Part shown: piece by piece, positions 1-6,124 of the stretch
Numbering within the stretch: position 1 is the stretch's first letter
Layout: the number at the start of each line of letters is the position of its first letter
Source: Candidatus Fraserbacteria bacterium
GTDB lineage: Bacteria > Bipolaricaulota > Bipolaricaulia > RBG-16-55-9 > JANLFV01
Direction of reading: 5' to 3'
Length of the DNA: 18,664 nucleotides
Assembly: GCA_037446135.1 (NCBI GenBank)
Contig: JBBIJD010000034.1
Span: 1 to 18,664 of the forward strand
Translations under genes and position numbers: made by a program
Notes under the pieces: generated by a model
The model's input: only the letters and a program-made list of their open reading frames with translations
Database searches by the model: none
Told to the model about the DNA's origin: nothing

Positions 1-20
1 GATATCCCTTACCAGGTCCG

Positions 21-55
21 GATTTTAGAGATTTTTCAGAGCCGGGGTTTATACT
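21..55 (+). promoter_or_regulatory. Possible sigma70 -10 element (TATACT, 50-55) with an upstream 11-nt-spaced direct repeat instead of a -35
   Basis: TATACT at 50-55 upstream of ORF 107; ATTTTAGAG (22-30) and TTTTCAGAG (33-41) repeat; no convincing -35. SD-like GAGGTG at 97-102. Confidence 0.3.
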
Positions 56-106
56 CCAGTTAGAACCCAAGCCAGGCCCGAATGGCCGGATAAAACGAGG
101 TGCGCG

Positions 107-847
107 ATGCGCAAAATGCGCAATTGGCAGGTTTGGGGAGTGCTGGGCTTGCTCCTGGCACTCGGGTTAGTCGTTGGGTATGGGCAGGTAACACGGCCGA
201 TACCGCCACCGCCAGAGATGATCGCTCTTAAGGCCCCTAATGTCTGGCTCACGACCGTAGAATCGGTAAAATCGGCTTCGTTTACCCTACAAAACGGCCT
301 TGAGCTGTTTTTAGTGAACCTGGACATGCACGCTTGGAGGAACCTGCAGTGGCAGGTCAACCAGACGGTTACTTGTGGTGGTTTGACAACCAAAGGGGTT
401 GGTTACTTCTTCCCCTCAGCTCCTTGGGAGAGGGACTATGCCAATGTTTATGCTACGTTCACCCAATCGGACGTTTATGTATTCGGCGCTTGGTTCATCC
501 CAGCCCCGGGACAGCCCGTTAATCCCCAGGTTGCTGATATGAAGTGCTCATTTGGGCTTGCAGAAGGATCCCTGACACCAGTGTCCTGCGGCCAGATAAC
601 TATTGACAGTTGCACTGTGTTCTGGTTTGCGGTTCAAATCCCCGGTTTAGGATGTCCGCTCAGTCAGCCCAATAATCCCCAGTGGTGTCAAGCCCTGTGG
701 GATTTCAAAGTTGCGAACAGCTCGATGATGTTCGTTAGGGCGACGATCACCAAGGGCTTCGGGGGCAAACCCTCGCCGATATTGCTTGGGCGACCGATAC
801 CCCCACCACTGCCGCCGCCAGGAGAAGGTGCTCCTCCAGTAGGTTAG
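107..847 (+). CDS. Hypothetical secreted protein, 246 aa, six Cys, Pro-rich termini
   Basis: Basic N-terminus plus hydrophobic stretch (WGVLGLLLALGLVVGYG|Q) is signal-peptide-like; GAGGTG before ATG 107 (ATG 116 is an alternative start); hairpin after the stop; no family recognised. Confidence 0.8.
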   Translation: MRKMRNWQVWGVLGLLLALGLVVGYGQVTRPIPPPPEMIALKAPNVWLTTVESVKSASFTLQNGLELFLVNLDMHAWRNLQWQVNQTVTCGGLTTKGVGYFFPSAPWERDYANVYATFTQSDVYVFGAWFIPAPGQPVNPQVADMKCSFGLAEGSLTPVSCGQITIDSCTVFWFAVQIPGLGCPLSQPNNPQWCQALWDFKVANSSMMFVRATITKGFGGKPSPILLGRPIPPPLPPPGEGAPPVG

Positions 848-857
848 AGGTCGAGGT

Positions 858-894
858 GGAGGGCTCATTAAGCAGTTAGTGAGCCCTCCTTAAT
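858..894 (+). terminator. Terminator-like hairpin after ORF 107-847
   Basis: GGAGGGCTCATTAA (858-871), loop GCAG, TTAGTGAGCCCTCC (876-889): 14-bp stem with one G-U, 10 nt after the stop; the U-tract is weak (TTAAT). Confidence 0.6.
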
Positions 895-940
895 CCCAAT
901 TTGGTGATCCCGGACTGCAGGATCATGAGTGCGACTCGAC

Positions 941-1006
941 AGCACAGGCTAAGAAGTGGACGGGCGTCCGGGTTGATATGATAGCCTGGGCGCCCGCCCT
1001 GGTGCT
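941..1006 (+). other. Candidate structured RNA element (long G-U-containing hairpin)
   Basis: 961-974 pairs with 983-996 (14 bp, three G-U pairs valid only on the + strand); outer helix AGCA-CAGG (941-948) with CCTG-G-TGCT (998-1006). No known family recognised. Confidence 0.35.
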
Positions 1007-1034
1007 TGACATCGCTCGAACCACAAGCGAAACT
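1006..1034 (+). promoter_or_regulatory. Putative sigma70 promoter with palindromic spacer for ORF 1100-2065
   Basis: Perfect TTGACA (1006-1011), 17-nt spacer, weak -10 GAAACT (1029-1034); the spacer is filled by the inverted repeat TCGCTCG-N5-CAAGCGA (1012-1030). Confidence 0.45.
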
Positions 1035-1050
1035 TGGATCGCAAGAGCAA

Positions 1051-1091
1051 GGGCAGGAGTTGGGCATCTCCTAAAAACTGCCCGAAGGAGG
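1051..1091 (+). promoter_or_regulatory. Candidate H-type pseudoknot / translational switch abutting the SD
   Basis: AGGAG 1055-1059 pairs with CTCCT 1068-1072; loop TGGGCA 1061-1066 pairs with TGCCCG 1079-1084; A-rich linker AAAAAC; SD AAGGAGG at 1085-1091. Confidence 0.4.
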
Positions 1092-1099
1092 GATACTCG

Positions 1100-2065
1100 A
1101 TGTTAAAGCAGCTTAAGTTAAGGAGCCTGCTGGTCGGTTTGGTCCTCCTGGCCTTGGCAGGGCTGCTGTCGAGCGCCACAGGCCAGGAGATGGCATTAGC
1201 AGAGGGGGCCCAAGCCCAGACCCAGGCTCAGGTAACGGTGACATTAGAGATCTCGAACACCTCGATGCCCATAGGTGGCACTACCTATGAGATCTCGATG
1301 ATCATCTTCACCAAGAACTTCGTCCCCATCGCGACCCAAATCATCATCCCATCTGCCTCCATCCCGCCCGGTGGGACGAGGACCTTCGGCCCATTCACCC
1401 TCTCAGAGACGCCCAATGATCTCACATTCAGGGGGCACAAAACTTTCCCCTATCCGCCGTTCGAGGAGCCCTTCTCTTTCACTATCTTCCCACTCTACTC
1501 CGATATCCCCTACCAGGTGGACTCCCTCGTCATCATAGCTCATATCACCGCGATCGTGCCCCCGCCGCCTCCGCCGCCTGAGGTAGATGTGGCCCGACTC
1601 CAAGCGGACTTGGCCAAGGGACCGACATACTTCACCATCGCTGAGCGGGCAAACCAAACCTTGAGCCCCGAAGAGAAGGAGAATCTGCGGGCGGCCATCA
1701 CACCCATACTTGAGCGGGGCCAGGCCCTCCTCGGCGGCCCAAAGGCCCCTCCCACGGTCACGGCGATAATCCCGCCGGAGCTGGACGATGGGCTTCGAGC
1801 GATCGCCTCGGAAGTGAACGCTGCGGTGGCGGGGATATTGGGGCCCAAGGCCGCGGAGCTTGAGATCCTCAGGCCGGTGACGGAAGTAGCCCTCCAGCCG
1901 CCCCACACCCACTGGACATGCTATTGGTCGTATGCCCTTGCATGGTGGACCTACTACTTCGCCTACTGGAATTACATCATCAATGATACCTGGCTCGGCT
2001 ATTGGACCCTCACATATGCTTACTACAGCTATGTCTATGCCTACTACTGCTATCTAGTCTGCTGA
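1100..2065 (+). CDS. Hypothetical secreted modular protein, 321 aa: signal peptide, beta-rich (Ig-like?) domain, poly-Pro linker, helical domain, Tyr/Trp-rich C-terminal repeat
   Basis: Strong SD AAGGAGG (1085-1091) 8 nt before ATG 1100, so the TTG 1034 start is unlikely; signal peptide MLKQLKLRSLLVGLVLLALAGLLSSATG|Q; PPPPPPP linker; tail with 15 Tyr and 7 Trp in the last 53 residues. Confidence 0.85.
   Translation: MLKQLKLRSLLVGLVLLALAGLLSSATGQEMALAEGAQAQTQAQVTVTLEISNTSMPIGGTTYEISMIIFTKNFVPIATQIIIPSASIPPGGTRTFGPFTLSETPNDLTFRGHKTFPYPPFEEPFSFTIFPLYSDIPYQVDSLVIIAHITAIVPPPPPPPEVDVARLQADLAKGPTYFTIAERANQTLSPEEKENLRAAITPILERGQALLGGPKAPPTVTAIIPPELDDGLRAIASEVNAAVAGILGPKAAELEILRPVTEVALQPPHTHWTCYWSYALAWWTYYFAYWNYIINDTWLGYWTLTYAYYSYVYAYYCYLVC
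1922..2062 (+). repeat. Degenerate 21-nt / 7-aa coding repeat, two blocks of three units
   Basis: YWSYALA-WWTYYFA-YWNYIIN-(DTWLG)-YWTLTYA-YYSYVYA-YYCYLVC read directly from the translation. Confidence 0.75.
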
Positions 2066-2315
2066 CCATCTTTGGTCGCGGCCTTCTCACTCCAAACCGC
2101 GAGAGCCCGCCGCGGAGGAGGCTCCCGAAGCTGAGGTCGTAGTCGGCGACCAATTCAGCGATGAACGGCTCGGGGAGCCCTGCGCGCCTTAATGCGTTTC
2201 TATAAGCCTGTCGGGCCCGCCACTTCGATGGCCCTACCCCCGCCAGGGTCCAGCCGACCTGAACCAGCAGTCTGAGGAGCGCAGGGATGAGCCTTAGGTA
2301 GCCGAAGAGCCTCAT
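2010..2315 (-). CDS. Small basic hypothetical protein, 101 aa, last gene of the ECF operon
   Basis: Starts 4 nt after the stop of 2320-2613, GGGGGA upstream; hydrophobic/amphipathic N-terminus; shares an LxxxG[IL]PxxxxxE[LM]xxxY motif with its neighbour. Confidence 0.7.
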   Translation of the reverse strand: MRLFGYLRLIPALLRLLVQVGWTLAGVGPSKWRARQAYRNALRRAGLPEPFIAELVADYDLSFGSLLRGGLSRFGVRRPRPKMVSRLDSSSRHRHSCSKHM

Positions 2316-2319
2316 CCAG

Positions 2320-2613
2320 CTATTCCCCCTTTTCTTCTACCTCCTTCTCCACATGCATCGAGCGGCCCACGAGGTCCCTTAGGCTGATCATGTAGCCTCT
2401 GGCCATCTCCAGGGCCTGCTCTTGGGGGATCCCCTGCTCGACTAATTTGCGGTAGAAGGCCCCCACGGCCTCCCCGAAGTGCTCCCCTGCCTCCTTGGAA
2501 TAGACGGTGTCCCTGATCGCCCGCAGCAGGGCCGGGATCTTGTCCGCCACGGCATCCAGGATCTTGGCGATCTTCTCCGGATCGGGCATATCGTCGTCTT
2601 TGTCCAGGATCAT
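2320..2613 (-). CDS. Small acidic helical hypothetical protein, 97 aa
   Basis: Strong SD AAAGGAGGT before ATG 2613; helical composition; motif FYRKLVEQGIPQEQALEMARGY. Confidence 0.85.
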   Translation of the reverse strand: MILDKDDDMPDPEKIAKILDAVADKIPALLRAIRDTVYSKEAGEHFGEAVGAFYRKLVEQGIPQEQALEMARGYMISLRDLVGRSMHVEKEVEEKGE

Positions 2614-2630
2614 CTCCGACCTCCTTTCTC

Positions 2631-3053
2631 TTAAATTCTCCCTTTAAATCTGGCCAGGGGGAGCCCTAAGGCCGAGAGCTCGGCCTCGAACGGCAACCGC
2701 CCTCGCTCGTAAGCTACGCCCAGCGAGAAGCCTAAGACGAAGAGCCCGAAGTTCAGTCGCTTCAGCTCTCGCCGCTCCGCCCGCGGAAGAGCGTCAATCT
2801 CGAGCCCCACTTCAGCCTCGATGAGGGCCATGGTCTGCTCAAGGAGCCCCTCAGCAGGCCGGAGTTCCTCGAGAGCCTGTGCTACACCGGCCTGCAACTT
2901 TTGCAGCTCCTCGACCTCGGCGTGGCACCTCCGGCAGCGGCGGAGATGGCGCTCGACCTCGGCCAGCTCCGCTCCCGCCAGGGTCCCGTTCGCATACCAA
3001 GGGAGCAACTCACGGGTCTTGCGACACCTTCCTAAGCTCAAGCCGAGGGCCAT
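2631..3053 (-). CDS. Zinc-finger (zf-HC2/ZAS) anti-sigma factor, about 140 aa
   Basis: C-x-ELLPWYANGTL...VERHLRRCRRC matches the HxxxCxxC ZAS motif; start overlaps the sigma stop (GTGATG; GTG 3056 is an alternative); short hydrophobic segment FGLFVLGFSLGVAY. Confidence 0.88.
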   Translation of the reverse strand: MALGLSLGRCRKTRELLPWYANGTLAGAELAEVERHLRRCRRCHAEVEELQKLQAGVAQALEELRPAEGLLEQTMALIEAEVGLEIDALPRAERRELKRLNFGLFVLGFSLGVAYERGRLPFEAELSALGLPLARFKGRI

Positions 3054-3598
3054 CACTCCTCCTCCAGCTCCAGGAGCGCTCTCAACCGCTCCTTGGCGTA
3101 GAACATCCGGCTCTTCACCGTCCCCTCGGGGCAGCCCATCAGTTCAGCAATCTCTCTGTAAGAGAGCCCATGGTAAAAGGCGAGGACGACCGTCTCGCGG
3201 TGCTCCGCCGGGAGCTTGGCCAGAGCCGCGCGGACTCGCTCCCCGAGAAGCTGCTGGGCCACCTCCCGCTCCGGCTCGATTTCGCTATCTGGCTCAGCCT
3301 GCTCCGCTTGAGCCTGTGTGCTCTGCCACTCCCGACGGAGCTTATCGAGCGCCTTGTGTCGCGCGATCCCCAAGATCCAGGTCGAGGGCTGGGCGCCGCT
3401 GGCGTATGTCCTGGCACTCTTCCAGATCGCCAGCATCGTCTCTTGGACCACCTCCTCCGCCAGGGAGCGGTCGCGGATGAGCGTCAGGGCGTAGCGATAG
3501 ATTCGAGCAGCATAGGCTTGGAAGAGTCTTCCCCAGGCCTCCCGGTCCCCAGCCGCGATCTGAGCGATGAGCCCCCGCTCATGCTCGCCATCCCCCAT
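3053..3598 (-). CDS. ECF-subfamily RNA polymerase sigma-70 factor, about 181 aa
   Basis: Region 2 (AEEVVQETMLAIWK, STWILGIARHKALDKLRR) and region 4 (GLSYREIAELMGCPEGTVKSRMFYAK); GAGGAG SD favours ATG 3598 over GTG 3604. Confidence 0.95.
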   Translation of the reverse strand: MGDGEHERGLIAQIAAGDREAWGRLFQAYAARIYRYALTLIRDRSLAEEVVQETMLAIWKSARTYASGAQPSTWILGIARHKALDKLRREWQSTQAQAEQAEPDSEIEPEREVAQQLLGERVRAALAKLPAEHRETVVLAFYHGLSYREIAELMGCPEGTVKSRMFYAKERLRALLELEEE

Positions 3599-3628
3599 GA
3601 CCACTCCTCATCTCATGGCTCACAAGGT

Positions 3629-3656
3629 TTGTCGCCGGTGGGGTCGGGGAGGTTCA
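3629..3656 (-). promoter_or_regulatory. ECF-type (probably autoregulatory) promoter TGAACC-N16-CGACAA
   Basis: Minus strand reads TGAACC (3656-3651), 16 nt, CGACAA (3634-3629), matching the generic ECF AAC...CGWC pattern about 30 nt upstream of the sigma start. Confidence 0.75.
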
Positions 3657-5477
3657 TTCCACGGTCACGGACTTCGCCAGGTTCCGGGGCTGATCGACAT
3701 CGGTCCCGCGGAGCACCCCGATGTGGTAGGCCAAGAGCTGGAGGGGGACCACGAAGAGCATGGGGGTCAAGACCTCGAGCGTCTGGGGGACCTCGAAGAT
3801 CTGGTCGGCGACCTTCTTGATCTCCTTGTTTATCTCGTCCGTGAAGGCGAGGACGATCCCGTTGCGGGCCTTGACCTCCTCGATGTTGGCGAAGACCTTG
3901 TCGTAGACCGAGTTCTTTGCCACCAGGACGACCACGGGCATCTCCTCGTCGATCAGGGCGATCGGGCCGTGCTTCATCTCTCCGGCGGGGTAGCCCTCGG
4001 CATGGATGTATGAAATTTCTTTTAACTTGAGGGCCCCCTCCAGCGCGATCGGGTGGAGGATGTCTCTCCCGAGGAAGAGGAAGTCGCTCTTATCGTAGAA
4101 CTTCCTTGCCAGGGCCTGAATCTCCGGCTCCTTCTTTAGGATCGCCTCGAGCTCCCTCGGGCCGGCGGCAAGGCCGCTCAGGATCTCCCTCGCCCGGGCC
4201 GGCGAGAGCTCCCCCCGCTTCCGCCCCAGATAGACTCCCAAGAGCGACAAGGCCGCCAACTGGGCCGTAAAGGTCTTGGTCGAGGCCACACCGATCTCCG
4301 GCCCGGCATGGGTGTAGACCACCCCGTCGGCCTCGCGGGTAATTGAGGAGCCAACGACATTAGCGATCGCGATGACCGTCGCGCCGTGCTCCTTCGCCTT
4401 GCGGACCCCGGCGAGGGTGTCGGCCGTCTCCCCGGACTGGGAGATGGCCACGACCAAGGTCTTTTCATCGATGTAGGGATTGCTATAGCGGAACTCCGAG
4501 CCGAGCTCGGCCCCGATCGGGAGCTTGAGCCAGTCCTGCCAGAGGTATTTGGCCACCAGCCCGGCGTAGAAGGAGGTCCCGCAGGCTAAGAGGTAGATAT
4601 TCCTGATCTCCTTGGCCTTTTGGGCCTCGAGGGCCAGCTCCTCGAGGAAGACTTCCCCCTCGAGGGAATACCGCCCGCGAATGGTATCCTCGACCGCCTG
4701 GGGCTGCTCATGGATCTCCTTGAGCATGAAGTGCTTGTAGCCGCCCTTTTGAGCCGTCACGGGGTCCCAGTCGATCCGCCGGGGCTCGCGGGTGACCTCC
4801 TCCCCGGAGAAGGTGCTTAGCCTCACCTCAGCGGCGGTCAGGACGGCCATCTCCCCGTCGTTGAGGAAGAGCATCTCCCTGGTGTAAGGGAGTATGGCAG
4901 GGATATCGGAGGCGAGGAAGTTCTCCCCCTCCCCCAGGCCGATCACCAAGGGGCTCCCGACCCTCGCAGCCACGATTTCCTCCGAATCTTTAGCGATGAC
5001 GGCGATGGCGAAGGCCCCTTTCACCCGCTTCAGCCCCGCTCGCACAGCCTGTTCTAGGTCGCCGTGATAGTGCTCCTCGAAGAGGTGGGCCAGGACCTCG
5101 GTGTCGGTCTGGGAGGTAAACTTATGCCCTTTTGCCTGGAGTTCCTCTTTGAGCGGGAGGTAGTTCTCGATGATCCCGTTGTGGATCACGGCGAGCCTCC
5201 CTTGGCAGTCTGAGTGGGGATGGGCATTCTCATCGGTCGGGCGGCCATGGGTCGCCCAGCGGCTATGGCCGATCCCCAGATTGGCCTGGAGATCGCTATC
5301 AGCGACCATCTCTTCCAGCTCAGCCACCTTCCCTGCCCGCTTGAAGATCAGGAGCTTGCCATCCTCAATGAGGGCCAGTCCGGCGGAGTCGTAGCCCCGG
5401 TATTCCAGCCGCCGCAGGCCCTCGAGGAGGATCTCCTTCGCTCGTCTCCTCCCGATGTAGCTGACGATCCCGCACAT
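3654..5477 (-). CDS. glmS: Glutamine--fructose-6-phosphate transaminase (isomerizing), 607 aa
   Basis: N-terminal MCGIV (catalytic Cys), LEYRGYDSAG, GHSRWATHG, HNGIIEN, SQSGETADT, C-terminal DQPRNLAKSVTVE; SD AAAGGAG before ATG 5477. Confidence 0.99.
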   Translation of the reverse strand: MCGIVSYIGRRRAKEILLEGLRRLEYRGYDSAGLALIEDGKLLIFKRAGKVAELEEMVADSDLQANLGIGHSRWATHGRPTDENAHPHSDCQGRLAVIHNGIIENYLPLKEELQAKGHKFTSQTDTEVLAHLFEEHYHGDLEQAVRAGLKRVKGAFAIAVIAKDSEEIVAARVGSPLVIGLGEGENFLASDIPAILPYTREMLFLNDGEMAVLTAAEVRLSTFSGEEVTREPRRIDWDPVTAQKGGYKHFMLKEIHEQPQAVEDTIRGRYSLEGEVFLEELALEAQKAKEIRNIYLLACGTSFYAGLVAKYLWQDWLKLPIGAELGSEFRYSNPYIDEKTLVVAISQSGETADTLAGVRKAKEHGATVIAIANVVGSSITREADGVVYTHAGPEIGVASTKTFTAQLAALSLLGVYLGRKRGELSPARAREILSGLAAGPRELEAILKKEPEIQALARKFYDKSDFLFLGRDILHPIALEGALKLKEISYIHAEGYPAGEMKHGPIALIDEEMPVVVLVAKNSVYDKVFANIEEVKARNGIVLAFTDEINKEIKKVADQIFEVPQTLEVLTPMLFVVPLQLLAYHIGVLRGTDVDQPRNLAKSVTVE

Positions 5478-5514
5478 CTTTGGCACTCCTTTCCCGGGCT
5501 TCCTTGCGAGAAGG

Positions 5515-5543
5515 AGTATAGCAAGGGGCTCGCTCGTCTCCAA
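5515..5543 (-). promoter_or_regulatory. sigma70 promoter for glmS
   Basis: Minus strand TTGGAG (5543-5538), 17 nt, extended -10 TGcTATACT (5520-5515). Confidence 0.6.
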
Positions 5544-5561
5544 GGTCGGCTGCCCCATGGT

Positions 5562-5590
5562 TTGTAAAAGGTGAGGGGCTCTGTTATAAT
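5562..5590 (+). promoter_or_regulatory. sigma70 promoter for the DUF151 gene
   Basis: TTGTAA (5562-5567), 17 nt, extended -10 TGtTATAAT (5585-5590). Confidence 0.75.
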
Positions 5591-5631
5591 GGCGGCGGTC
5601 GATCCAGAAAGGAGAGAGGAGGTCCCATACC

Positions 5632-6120
5632 ATGCGCGAGGTGGAGATCAAAGCGCTCTTGGTCGATCCCGTCCATAACTCACCTGTAATCTTGCTGAAG
5701 GACCGCGAATCCGACATGGTCGTGCCGGTCTGGATCGGGCATCCCGAGGCCACGGCCATCGCCATGGAGCTCCAAAACAAGACCTTCCCCCGCCCCCTGA
5801 CTCATGACCTTCTGAAGGAGGCAATTATCGCCCTCGGCGGAGAGGTGCAGAAGGTGATCATCGATCACATCCAGGATGGGACATACTATGCGACGATCTT
5901 CATCCAGGACAGCGAGGGGAATATCCAGGAGCTCGATGCCCGGCCATCGGACACTGTGGCCTTGGCTCTGCGGATGAACAGCCCGATCTACATCTCGGAC
6001 GAGGTCTTCGAGGCCTCGGCGATCGAGCTCCCCTTGGCTGAGGATGAGGAGGAGCGAGAGCAGTTCAAGGAGTTCGTGGAGAGGATGGACCTGGCCCAGT
6101 TCAAGCGGCTGAATCAGTAG
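5632..6120 (+). CDS. Bifunctional nuclease family protein (DUF151 / DNase-RNase), 162 aa
   Basis: Motifs PVILLK, PVWIGHPEATAI, RPLTHDL, DGTYYATI, LDARPSDTVALALR; SD AGGAGGT. Confidence 0.93.
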   Translation: MREVEIKALLVDPVHNSPVILLKDRESDMVVPVWIGHPEATAIAMELQNKTFPRPLTHDLLKEAIIALGGEVQKVIIDHIQDGTYYATIFIQDSEGNIQELDARPSDTVALALRMNSPIYISDEVFEASAIELPLAEDEEEREQFKEFVERMDLAQFKRLNQ

Positions 6121-6124
6121 TCAG

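Noticed and set aside
107..124. Tandem ATGCGCAAA/ATGCGCAAT at the first ORF start
   Set aside because: A short duplication giving two possible starts; no evidence of function.
1017..1030. LexA (GAAC-N4-GTTC) box
   Set aside because: Only the CGAAC half-site is present; no such box is seen upstream of uvrB either.
1051..1105. Fluoride or preQ1-I riboswitch
   Set aside because: It resembles the fluoride motif superficially (GGAG..CTCC, AAACTGCCC) but lacks the GAUG start and the UGAUG...CUAC 3' strand; the 8-nt loop is too short for preQ1-I; the downstream gene fits neither.
1904..2065. Diversity-generating retroelement variable region
   Set aside because: No reverse transcriptase and no adenine-variant template copy in the window; the heptad pattern is better explained at protein level. 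A remote template cannot be excluded without a genome search.
2821..4013. Long + strand ORFs (2821-3480, 2879-3820, 3567-4013) and similar shadow ORFs elsewhere (1403-1912, 12009-12797, 16024-16728, 17000-17731)
   Set aside because: They are antisense to well-supported genes, have no motifs or SD, and are expected from stop-codon scarcity in GC-rich DNA.
5478..5631. glmS ribozyme upstream of glmS
   Set aside because: The predicted promoter leaves only about a 30-nt leader, and I see no ribozyme core sequence in the 154-nt divergent spacer.
5478..5780. 101-residue N-terminal extension of GlmS in the ORF track
   Set aside because: GlmS needs Cys at the mature N-terminus (MCGIV at 5477, with SD); the extension overlaps the DUF151 gene and both promoters.
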